The notes beneath the pieces were generated by a model, which saw only the letters and a program-made list of their open reading frames with translations, searched no databases and was not told the origin of the DNA. A program made the position numbers and the translations under genes. DNA of 64,000 nucleotides. Source: Pseudomonadota bacterium. Lineage in GTDB: Bacteria > Pseudomonadota > Alphaproteobacteria > Rhizobiales > Beijerinckiaceae. Of this stretch, positions 9,452 to 17,610 are shown in pieces. Within the stretch, counting starts at the first letter, position 1. The number at the start of each line of letters is the position of its first letter. The DNA lies in assembly GCA_021813805.1 (NCBI GenBank), contig JAKAJL010000009.1, forward strand, positions 27,594-91,593. The letters run 5' to 3'.

Positions 9452-9737
9452 GATCGTTCACTCGGTGTCCCTTGTCGCATTTATCGGGAATTGCATTCAG
9501 GCGGTCGGAATTGTTCGGATCGGATTGTGTCGTCAGCGTGTCGGCCTTCGAAGGAATCGGCAAGCCAATCGTGCGGTCACCACTGGGCGCCGACGGTTCA
9601 TTCCTTTTGTTTGAACGCGTCTCGATGGCGACCGTTAGCGAATTTAACGAAAGCAGATTGCTTTTAGGTTGAATGGACAGGGCTCCCCTGTCGATTGAAC
9701 CCGATCCTATTGTTCGCCGGGTCGGAGGCTGGGCTGA

Positions 9738-10172
9738 ATGGCTCGCACTTATTCACAAGACCTGCGCGATCGGGTGATCGACGCGGTTATGCGCGACGGC
9801 ATGAGCCGCCGCGCCGCGGCGCGCCGGTTTGGCGTCAGCGAGTCGTCAGCTGTGAAATGGCTTCAACGTTTTCAGGCGACGGACGCGCGCACGCCGGTCG
9901 GCACTGGCGGGCATCGACCTTCCATCCTCAAGCCCCATCTGGACTATCTGGAGGCGGTCCTGGCCGAGCAGCCGGACATCACGCTCGCCGCCCTGGGCCG
10001 TCGCCTGTTGGCCGACCGCGCCGTCAAAGCCGACACCTCGATGTTAAGTCGATTTTTCCGGCGCGAAGGGGTCACAATCAAGAAACGAGGGCGCCGGTCC
10101 AAAAAGCGCCCCCTAGCCTCGAGTTCGAAGGAAAACCGCGGAAAGCGCCAATCCGCTGTCTTGAAACCATAG
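9738..10172 (+). pseudogene. IS630-family transposase, N-terminal HTH fragment only (DDE catalytic part missing): insertion-sequence remnant
   Basis: MARTYSQDLRDRVIDAVMRDGMSRRAAARRFGVSESSAVKWLQRF...GGHRPS...PDITL...DTSMLSRFFRREGVTIKK matches what I recall of rhizobial IS630 transposase N-termini. The ORF then runs into a basic out-of-register tail and stops. No DDE domain follows in any frame. A 7-bp palindrome GACAGGG-CTC-CCCTGTC sits about 50 nt upstream. Confidence 0.7.
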
Positions 10173-10395
10173 ACGGCGCGGCCGGCGCAATTCCCGAGAC
10201 ATGGTCCGTCGAGCAATGGGCCAAGGTCCTCGCCGAGGCGGGGTGTGCGTCAATCTAAAAGCAGTTCGCATATGCAGTAACCGCAAGTCAAACTAAGGAT
10301 AGTAAAGGCCAAGCTTGGCATAAACTAAGCAGATTTGATCGGGGGCAGTTTCGAAAATCTGGATAACGATTTCCTCGCCGATGGAATCAAACAAA

Positions 10396-10433
10396 GCCGT
10401 TGTGGCATAAATGCCACGGCGGCTATTTTTTTT
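10396..10433 (+). terminator. intrinsic (rho-independent) terminator-like hairpin followed by a T8 run
   Basis: GCCGTTGTGGCAT(aa)ATGCCACGGCGGC forms a stem of about 13 bp (two G-U pairs). It is followed by TA and then TTTTTTTT (10426-10433). It lies about 345 nt upstream of the giant secreted-protein gene. Confidence 0.6.
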
Positions 10434-10777
10434 CTGCTTGCCGAACGGTTAATGAATCGGCGCAGATTCAGTGTGTTAGTCTATTTTGTCCATTGAGTCC
10501 GGGCATTGTGGCGTTGTTCACCTCGGAATTTGGACGCTTGGCATGGTCGAATGACCTTGTTGGCGGCGCCAGGCTTCCACAAAAAAGCCTTACCCGGCCC
10601 GCTAGTTCCCGCTCGAGTGGAATCAGTGCTGATTCTTGTTTGTTTGCGATTAGGCGCGCATGGAAGGAGTCAATACGATTAAATTGCGCTTGTAAGGAGT
10701 TCCTGTACGTTAATTCCTAGTCGCTATACGCTTAAACACCACGCCTCGAAAAATGCGGGACATATAAGGAGAGAGCC

Positions 10778-13700
10778 TTGGCTACATCGAATTCGACCAC
10801 CGGATGGCCGGACGCAACGAACACTGGCGTGCCCGCCGGCGTAACCTTGACGCCTTCGGGAAGTCTGGTGATCACACAAGCGGGGGCGGTCATCTCCGGA
10901 CTGAATATCACCGGGACGGTCTTGATCGAGGCGCCGAATGTGACGCTGGAGAATTGCAGCATCACCGGGGCGACGGGGGGCGGCGTTGTCCAGATCGCGC
11001 AAGGCGTGACGGGGACCACGGTCGCGAACTGCACGATCAATGGAACGGGAGCCAATAATGCCGGCTCGAACGGAATTTGGGGTAGCGGCACATTCATCAA
11101 TAACAATATTTTCAATGTCGAGAACGGCATTGCGATGGATACCAATATTCAGGTCACCAGCCCAACGCTAATTGAGAACAATTACATCCACGATTTGCAG
11201 GCCTCAGGGTCGCCGCATTACGACGTCATTCAGATCGATGGTAATGTCTCTAATGTTACGATCACACATAATACGCTAATCAATCAGAACAACGAAACAT
11301 CATCGGTGATGATTGATAATTATTTTGGGCCATTGTCTAACATTAACGTCTACAACAACATTCTTTCAGGTGGCGACTTCACGGTCTATGTTGACGGACA
11401 TTTCAACAGCAACCCGATCACGGGCGTGTCCATCACCAACAACCACATGGGCGCGGGCATTTATGGCTATACGGATTTCAACGGGACCAACCCCACTTAT
11501 ACGGGCAACGTCAATGACGCCGCGACCCTGATCTCGACACTCAACACTCCGGCCAATACCGGCGGCTCTTCGACGGCTCCGGCCGCGCCCGCGATTTCGT
11601 CGTGGTCGCCGGACACCGGCGTCGTCGGCGACGGGATCACCGACGCCAGCGTGCTGACTCTCAAGGGCACAGCGGCGGCCGGCAGCACCGTCAAGGTTTA
11701 CGACGGCTCGAGCCTGATCGGCACGGTCACCGCCGATTCGGCGGGGGCTTGGACCGACGTCACCCCGACGCTGACCAACGCCACGCATGTGTTCACGGCG
11801 ACGGCGACGACCACCGCCGGAACCAGCGCGGCGTCCGCCGCGGTCGACGTGACCGTCGATACGATTGCTCCGGCCGCTCCGGCGGTGACGAGCGACATGA
11901 TCGTCAACACCAACCATGTTCAGCTGTTGGGCACGGCCGAGGCGAACAGCACGATCACAGTTTACGATGGAACGACCGCGGTCGGGACCGGCGTCACGAA
12001 TGCGTCGGGAAGCTGGAGCGTGACGACGTCGGCGCTGCCGACGGGCGCCCACCCCCTCACCGCGACCGCGACCGACGCGGCGGGCAACGTCAGCGTCGCC
12101 TCCCAGGCGGTCGATCCGGTGATCGGCTCTTCGACGGCTCCGGCCGCGCCCGCGATTTCGTCGTGGTCGCCGGACACCGGCGTCGTCGGCGACGGAATCA
12201 CCGACGCCAGCGTGCTGACTCTCAAGGGCACAGCGGCGGCCGGCAGCACCGTCAAGGTTTACGACGGCTCGAGCCTGATCGGCACGGTCACCGCCGATTC
12301 GGCGGGGGCTTGGACCGACGTCACCCCGACGCTGACCAACGCCACGCATGTGTTCACGGCGACGGCGACGACCACCGCCGGAACCAGCGCGGCGTCCGCC
12401 GCGGTCGACGTGACCGTCGATACGATTGCTCCGGCCGCTCCGGCGGTGACGAGCGACACGATCGTCAACACCAACCATGTTCAGCTGTCGGGCACGGCCG
12501 AGGCGAACAGCACGATCACAGTTTACGATGGAACGACCGCGGTCGGGACCGGTGTCACGGATGTGTCGGGAAAGTGGAGCGTAACGACATCGGCGCTGCC
12601 GACGGGCGCCCACCCCCTCACCGCGACCGCGACCGACGCGGCGGGCAACGTCAGCGTCGCCTCCCAGGCGGTCGATCCCGTTATCGGCGCAAGCACGAAC
12701 ACAAGCTCTGCCGGATGGCCTGACGCGACCAATACCGGCGTGCCCGCCGGCGTAACCTTGACCGCGTCCGGGAGCCTCGTGATCACCAAGGCTGGGGCGG
12801 TCATCTCCGGGCTGGATATCTCCGGGACGGTTTATATCGACGCGCCCAATGTCACTTTGGAGAACTGCAAGATCACGTCGGCCAGCGCCGCCGTCGTCAC
12901 GATCGCATCCGGGATGACAGGGGCGGTCGTCCAGAATTGCGAGATCAACGGAACGGGCGCCAGCAGCGCCGGCTCTATCGGAATTTACGGCAGCGGCTCG
13001 TTCATCGACAACAATATCTACAATGTCGCAAAAGGCGTCTATGTCTCCGTGGGCAGCTCGGGCGCCGTCATTGAAAACAACTACATCCACGACTTACTCG
13101 CGTCAGGCTCGCCAGGTTATGACGGTATCGAGATCGACGGCGGCGTTTCGAAGGTGATGATCAGCCACAACACGGTCGTCAATTCGCACGGCCAGACGTC
13201 GGCGATCATGATCGACAATTATTTCGGGGCGGTCTCGAACGTCAGCGTCAACAACAATCTTCTCGGCGGCGGCGCGTTTACTCTCTATGACGACGGCCAT
13301 TTCAACAGCAATCCCATCACAGGGGTGTCATTCACGAACAATCACCTCGCGTCGGGTCAATGGGGTTACACCGATTTCAACAAAACCAGCCCCGCCTATA
13401 CCGGCAACGTCAACGACGGCGCGACGCTGATCGCGACGCTCAACACGCCGACCAATGACGGGGGCGCTTCGACGGCGCCTGTCGCGTCGGCGACAACCGC
13501 CGTGAGTTCGGCGGCCCCAAGCGCGACGACGCAGCCGGCGTCGATCGGATTCACCGGTCTCTCGGAGAATTCGAGCCATGTCGCGACGATCGCTGGCGAC
13601 GCCGCCGCCAACAGCACGATCAAGCTGTATGACGGCGCCACCCCAATTGGCGCAACAACATCCGATGCGTCCGGTCAGTGGACATTCAAGACCGGGGTCT

Positions 13701-14092
13701 TGTCCAACACGGTCCACACGTTCACCGCGCACGAGGTCGATAGCAGCGGTCAGGTCGTGGGCTATAGTTCGGGCGAGGCGATCCTGGGATCGAGCAGGGG
13801 CAGCGTTCTGACGAGCACGCCGGGCGACGATTATTTCGTTGGCAATGGTCATCCCGACACTTTCGTGTTCGCCCCCAAATTCGGGCAGGACGTGATCAAG
13901 GATTTCGTCGCCACTGGCAGCCAGCACGACACGATCCAGCTCAGCTCAAACGAGTTCAGCGACTTCGCCAGCGTGCTTTCGCATGCGTCCCAGGTTGGCC
14001 AGGACGTGGTCATTTCGTCGGGGAGCGACACATTGACGCTGAAAAACGTAAAGCTGGGCGCGCTCACCTCGCATGATTTCCATTTCGCTTGA
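10778..14092 (+). CDS. large type I-secreted protein: two paralogous right-handed beta-helix modules separated by Ig-like repeats, with a C-terminal T1SS targeting domain (candidate secreted polysaccharide-modifying enzyme or adhesin)
   Basis: TTG 10778 is preceded by AAGGAG (10766-10771). Residues 1-260 and about 640-900 are paralogous (GWPDATNTGVPAGVTLT.SGSLVIT.AGAVISGL...NVTLENC.IT...NNYIHDL.ASGSP.YD...FNSNPITGVS.TNNH). Four Ig-like units of about 93 aa lie between them, and a fifth Ig-like unit lies near residues 915-1000. The C-terminal 90 aa (GDDYFVGNGHPDTFVFAPKFGQDVIKDFVATGSQHDTIQLS...LTSHDFHFA) look like rhizobial T1SS substrates. Cognate transporter genes follow directly. Confidence 0.85.
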   Translation: MATSNSTTGWPDATNTGVPAGVTLTPSGSLVITQAGAVISGLNITGTVLIEAPNVTLENCSITGATGGGVVQIAQGVTGTTVANCTINGTGANNAGSNGIWGSGTFINNNIFNVENGIAMDTNIQVTSPTLIENNYIHDLQASGSPHYDVIQIDGNVSNVTITHNTLINQNNETSSVMIDNYFGPLSNINVYNNILSGGDFTVYVDGHFNSNPITGVSITNNHMGAGIYGYTDFNGTNPTYTGNVNDAATLISTLNTPANTGGSSTAPAAPAISSWSPDTGVVGDGITDASVLTLKGTAAAGSTVKVYDGSSLIGTVTADSAGAWTDVTPTLTNATHVFTATATTTAGTSAASAAVDVTVDTIAPAAPAVTSDMIVNTNHVQLLGTAEANSTITVYDGTTAVGTGVTNASGSWSVTTSALPTGAHPLTATATDAAGNVSVASQAVDPVIGSSTAPAAPAISSWSPDTGVVGDGITDASVLTLKGTAAAGSTVKVYDGSSLIGTVTADSAGAWTDVTPTLTNATHVFTATATTTAGTSAASAAVDVTVDTIAPAAPAVTSDTIVNTNHVQLSGTAEANSTITVYDGTTAVGTGVTDVSGKWSVTTSALPTGAHPLTATATDAAGNVSVASQAVDPVIGASTNTSSAGWPDATNTGVPAGVTLTASGSLVITKAGAVISGLDISGTVYIDAPNVTLENCKITSASAAVVTIASGMTGAVVQNCEINGTGASSAGSIGIYGSGSFIDNNIYNVAKGVYVSVGSSGAVIENNYIHDLLASGSPGYDGIEIDGGVSKVMISHNTVVNSHGQTSAIMIDNYFGAVSNVSVNNNLLGGGAFTLYDDGHFNSNPITGVSFTNNHLASGQWGYTDFNKTSPAYTGNVNDGATLIATLNTPTNDGGASTAPVASATTAVSSAAPSATTQPASIGFTGLSENSSHVATIAGDAAANSTIKLYDGATPIGATTSDASGQWTFKTGVLSNTVHTFTAHEVDSSGQVVGYSSGEAILGSSRGSVLTSTPGDDYFVGNGHPDTFVFAPKFGQDVIKDFVATGSQHDTIQLSSNEFSDFASVLSHASQVGQDVVISSGSDTLTLKNVKLGALTSHDFHFA
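11564..12685 (+). repeat. tandem duplication, 2 x 561 bp (187 aa each), almost identical at nucleotide level, inside the secreted-protein gene
   Basis: GGCTCTTCGACGGCTCCGGCCGCGCCCGCGATTTCGTCG starts at 11564 and again at 12125 (period 561). By eye the copies differ at only a handful of positions, mostly in the last 150 nt or so of the unit. Confidence 0.95.
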
Positions 14093-14140
14093 ACAGGGTG
14101 ACCGATGCGATGATGTCAAGCTTCGATTCGCTCCGGAGGA

Positions 14141-16135
14141 TTGTTTCGACGACGGTTCGACCCGGGGAAATATCGCATGACTGAGGTCCAGCGGTCGAAG
14201 GAAATCCCGACTTTCGGCCAGCGGGGGAAAATTCCCCCGCTGGCTTCCGGCGCCGACATAAGGGTCCTGCGGCCTAAGACGTTGGGCTCCGCGGTTGGCG
14301 AGTTGGCCGGACGGGTCAACGAGCAAATCAGGAAGCTGACGGAGTCCGCCGAGGGGTCGATGGAGGCCGCCCGGCGACGAATCTATTCCGAACCGGCTCC
14401 GGCGGCGGATGAATTTGGCAAGCCGCAGTCCGAGATTACCGCCTTGCTGATATCCTGCCGGCGAATTTTCGCGGGCCTGGCCGTGTTCAGCGGATTGAGC
14501 AATCTGCTGATGCTGACCGGTTCATTCTTTATGCTTCAGGTCTATGACAGGGTGCTGCCAGGCCGCAGCGTGCCGACCTTGCTGGCGCTGCTGGGACTGG
14601 CGATCATGCTTTACCTGTTCCAGGGCGGTCTCGACCTCGTCCGCACCCGAATAGGTGTTCGAATCGGCCGTCATCTGGACGAGCGGCTGGGCGAGCGGGT
14701 GTTCGACGCCGTGGTGAGGATGCCGCTGAAGACCCGCGGCGACGGCGACGGTTTGCAGCCATTGCGCGACCTTGATCAGGTGCGCGGCTTCCTGTCGGGA
14801 GGCGGGCCGACCGCGCTGTTCGACTTGCCGTGGATGCCGATCTATCTCGGCATCTGCTTTCTCTTTCATTTCTGGATTGGCGTGACCGCTCTGGCAGGCT
14901 CCGTGGCGCTGGTTGGGGTCACGATGCTGACGGAGTTGCGGACCCGGGGACCGGCGAGGGCGTTTTCAGGTTTCGGGGTGTCGCGGACCGCGCTTGCGGC
15001 GGAAGGGCGGCGGAACGCCGAAGTCCTGCAGGCCATGGGCATGCGGCGACAGGCCGCGCTGCGCTGGCAGGAGGTCAACGCCAAATATCTCGCGGCTCAT
15101 GAACGGGCGAGCGATGTCGCCAGCGGGCTCGGCGGCGTCTCGAAAGTGTTTCGGTCGATTCTCCAGTCGGCGGTCCTCGCGGTCGGCGCCTATCTGGTGA
15201 TCAACCAGGAGTCGACGGCCGGCATCATCATCGCGGGCTCCATCCTTACAGCGCGGGCGTTGGCGCCAGTGGAGATCGCCATCGCCAATTGGAAAGGCTT
15301 CGTCGCCGCACGCCAGTCGGCCCGGCGGCTGGATCAGCTGCTCAAGCTCCTGCCCAGGGAAGAGGAGCCTCTGGCGTTGCCGGCGCCGACCGGCGCACTG
15401 GCGGTTGAACGGCTCGGCGTCGCCGCGCCGGACAGCAACCGGCAGATCCTGGCCGATGTTTCGTTTGAATTGCGCGGCGGCCAGGGCCTCGGCGTCATTG
15501 GCCCGAGCGGTTCAGGCAAATCGACGCTGGCGCGCGCGCTGGTCGGCGTCTGGCCTGGACTTCGTGGCAGGATCACGCTCGATGGCGCCGCCCTCGATCA
15601 ATGGTCTTCCGAGGCGCGCGGCAAACATATCGGCTACTTGCCGCAGGACGTGGAGCTGTTCGACGGCAGCATCGCGCGCAACATTGCGCGCTGCGATCCG
15701 AAAGCCTCGGCGACGGCCGTCCTGGCGGCGGCCATCGCCGCGGGAGCGCATGAACTGATCCTGTCCTTTCCGGACGCCTACGGCACGAAAGTCGGCGAAG
15801 GCGGCGTTACATTGTCCGCCGGGCAGCGGCAGCGAATCGGACTGGCCCGCGCCCTGTACGGCGATCCGTTCCTGGTCGTGCTCGACGAACCGTCGTCAAA
15901 TCTCGACGCCGAAGGCGAGGAGGCTCTGAGCGCGGCGATCCTCGGCGTGCGCAAGCGCGGGGGCGTCGTCGTGGTCGTCGCCCATCGTCCGAAAGCGCTC
16001 GAGGGGGTCGACCATGTGCTTGTCATCGGAGAGGGACGCGCGCAATCGTTTGGGCCGAAGGAGGAGATCCTGAGAAGGGTGCTGCGGAATCCGGTTCCTC
16101 TCAATGTCGTCGCGAGCAACGGGAGGGCCGGATGA
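14141..16135 (+). CDS. type I secretion system ABC transporter (permease/ATPase, PrtD/AprD-type, no C39 peptidase domain seen)
   Basis: The membrane domain begins ...LSNLLMLTGSFFMLQVYDRVLPGRSVPTL (typical PrtD-family start). Motifs present are Walker A GPSGSGKST, the signature LSAGQRQRIGLARAL, and Walker B FLVVLDEPSSNLD. The ORF is open from 14141; ATG 14177 or ATG 14360 are more likely true starts. Confidence 0.9.
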   Translation: MFRRRFDPGKYRMTEVQRSKEIPTFGQRGKIPPLASGADIRVLRPKTLGSAVGELAGRVNEQIRKLTESAEGSMEAARRRIYSEPAPAADEFGKPQSEITALLISCRRIFAGLAVFSGLSNLLMLTGSFFMLQVYDRVLPGRSVPTLLALLGLAIMLYLFQGGLDLVRTRIGVRIGRHLDERLGERVFDAVVRMPLKTRGDGDGLQPLRDLDQVRGFLSGGGPTALFDLPWMPIYLGICFLFHFWIGVTALAGSVALVGVTMLTELRTRGPARAFSGFGVSRTALAAEGRRNAEVLQAMGMRRQAALRWQEVNAKYLAAHERASDVASGLGGVSKVFRSILQSAVLAVGAYLVINQESTAGIIIAGSILTARALAPVEIAIANWKGFVAARQSARRLDQLLKLLPREEEPLALPAPTGALAVERLGVAAPDSNRQILADVSFELRGGQGLGVIGPSGSGKSTLARALVGVWPGLRGRITLDGAALDQWSSEARGKHIGYLPQDVELFDGSIARNIARCDPKASATAVLAAAIAAGAHELILSFPDAYGTKVGEGGVTLSAGQRQRIGLARALYGDPFLVVLDEPSSNLDAEGEEALSAAILGVRKRGGVVVVVAHRPKALEGVDHVLVIGEGRAQSFGPKEEILRRVLRNPVPLNVVASNGRAG

Positions 16136-17448
16136 TGAACCGCTCGATGGCTCCGGCGCTGCATTCGATCCAGCGCTACATGATCGCCGGAATGCTCATG
16201 GTCGCTTTCGTGACCGTGGGCATCGGCGGATGGGCCGCGACGTTCCAGCTCTCCGGCGCGGTGATCGGCCAGGGCGTGGTCGTGGTCGACTCGAGCGTCA
16301 AGAAAGTGCAGCACGCGACCGGCGGCGTCGTCAGCGAAGTGCGCGTCCGCGACGGCGACCGGGTCAAAGCCGGCGATGTCCTCATCCGTCTCGATCAGAC
16401 GCAAACGCTGGCCAACGCGACCATCGTCACCACGAGCGTCGATGAATTGCTCGCGCGTCAGGCGCGCCTGGAAGCCGAACGCGACAACGCCGACGAGGTC
16501 GCGTTCCCGGCTCAATTGCTCAATCGGGCCAAGGAGGCCAATTCCGAAGCGGCTCGGGCCGTCGCCGCCGAGAAGAAATTGTTCGACCTGCGGCGTCAGG
16601 CGAGGAGCGGCCAGAAGGCCCAGCTCAAGGAACGCAGCGCGCAGCTGCAAGACGAGATCAAGGGTTATGCCGGACAGGCGCAAGCCAAGCAGAAGGAAGT
16701 CGATCTCGTTCATCAGGAGCTCGACGGCGTCCGGACGCTCTACCAGAAGAATCTCATTCCCATCACGCGGCTGACCGCGCTGGAGCGCGACGCCGCCCGG
16801 CTCGAAGGCGAGCGCAGCCAATTGACGGGAATGATCGCCCAGGCGAAAGGCAAGATCTCGGAGATCGAACTGCAGATCATCCAGATTGACGAGGATCTCC
16901 GCAGCGAGGTCGGCAAGGATCTGATCGAAACGCGCTCCAAGCTTTCGGAACTCGCCGAGCGCAAGATCGCCGCCATGGATCAGCTCGATCGGGTCGATAT
17001 CAGGGCGCCCCAGTCCGGCCGTGTCCACGAACTCTCCGTGCACACCGTGGGCGGCGTGATCGCGCCGGGCGAACAGATCATGCTCATCGTCCCCGACGCA
17101 GATGTTCTGGCGGTCGAGGTCAAGATCGCGCCGCGCGACATCGACCAGGTCTATGTGGGCCAGACCGCGGCGATGCGGTTCACCGCCTTCGACCAGAAGA
17201 CCACGCCGGAGATCGACGGCGCCGTCAGCATCGTGTCGGCTGATCTCATGCAGGAACCGCGTACCGGCGCCAGCTATTACACCGCGCGCATCGTTCTCAA
17301 GCCCGAGCAACTCGCCAGGCTGGGACAGGCCAAGGTGGTGCCCGGAATGCCCGTCGACGTCTTTATCAAGACGGGGGGACGAACGGCGCTGTCGTACCTA
17401 ACCAAGCCTTTGTGGGACCAGGCGCAGCGCGCGATGAAGGAGCGCTGA
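16132..17448 (+). CDS. type I secretion membrane fusion protein (HlyD/PrtE family)
   Basis: Its start overlaps the ABC gene stop by 4 nt. It has an N-terminal TM helix, a barrel-sandwich start (VQHATGGVVSEVRVRDGDRVKAGDVLIRLD), a long coiled-coil, and the C-terminal ...PGMPVDVFIKTGGRTALSYLTKPL typical of the HlyD family. Confidence 0.9.
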   Translation: MMNRSMAPALHSIQRYMIAGMLMVAFVTVGIGGWAATFQLSGAVIGQGVVVVDSSVKKVQHATGGVVSEVRVRDGDRVKAGDVLIRLDQTQTLANATIVTTSVDELLARQARLEAERDNADEVAFPAQLLNRAKEANSEAARAVAAEKKLFDLRRQARSGQKAQLKERSAQLQDEIKGYAGQAQAKQKEVDLVHQELDGVRTLYQKNLIPITRLTALERDAARLEGERSQLTGMIAQAKGKISEIELQIIQIDEDLRSEVGKDLIETRSKLSELAERKIAAMDQLDRVDIRAPQSGRVHELSVHTVGGVIAPGEQIMLIVPDADVLAVEVKIAPRDIDQVYVGQTAAMRFTAFDQKTTPEIDGAVSIVSADLMQEPRTGASYYTARIVLKPEQLARLGQAKVVPGMPVDVFIKTGGRTALSYLTKPLWDQAQRAMKER

Positions 17449-17610
17449 GGCGGTCGCCTTGGCGAAATGGGGTAGAAATTTTCGTTGTCGTTCGAGTCGA
17501 CGGGGCGGCATTGACTGTTAAGCTGAATTATGGACAATTCGCATTGTCATTTGCGGAAGCCCGCCTTTCGGCGGGAAAATATCCGTGGGTCGCCGGATAA
17601 CGGGTGATGC

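Noticed and set aside
9695-10258. 187-aa plus-strand ORF overlapping the IS630 fragment in another frame
   Set aside because: It is Arg/Pro/Gly-rich with no transposase DDE motifs, and most likely non-coding sequence of the decayed element.
11564-12685. Large tandem repeats (and the 18-nt repeats at 43259-43312), considered as a CRISPR array
   Set aside because: The repeats are contiguous with no unique spacers. The 561-bp units are in-frame coding sequence. No cas genes are present.
11366-13090. 574-aa minus-strand ORF (and other minus ORFs) across the repeat region of the secreted-protein gene
   Set aside because: It is antisense to a gene with clear domain structure and has an extreme Arg/Gly/Asp composition. 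This is a typical shadow ORF in high-GC DNA.
17533-17548. GACAAT-TCGC-ATTGTC palindrome and the CCCGCC-TTTC-GGCGGG hairpin downstream of the HlyD-family gene, considered as a terminator
   Set aside because: No U-tail follows either hairpin on the plus strand. They could be a weak or rho-dependent signal or an operator for the kinase gene, but neither can be called from sequence alone.
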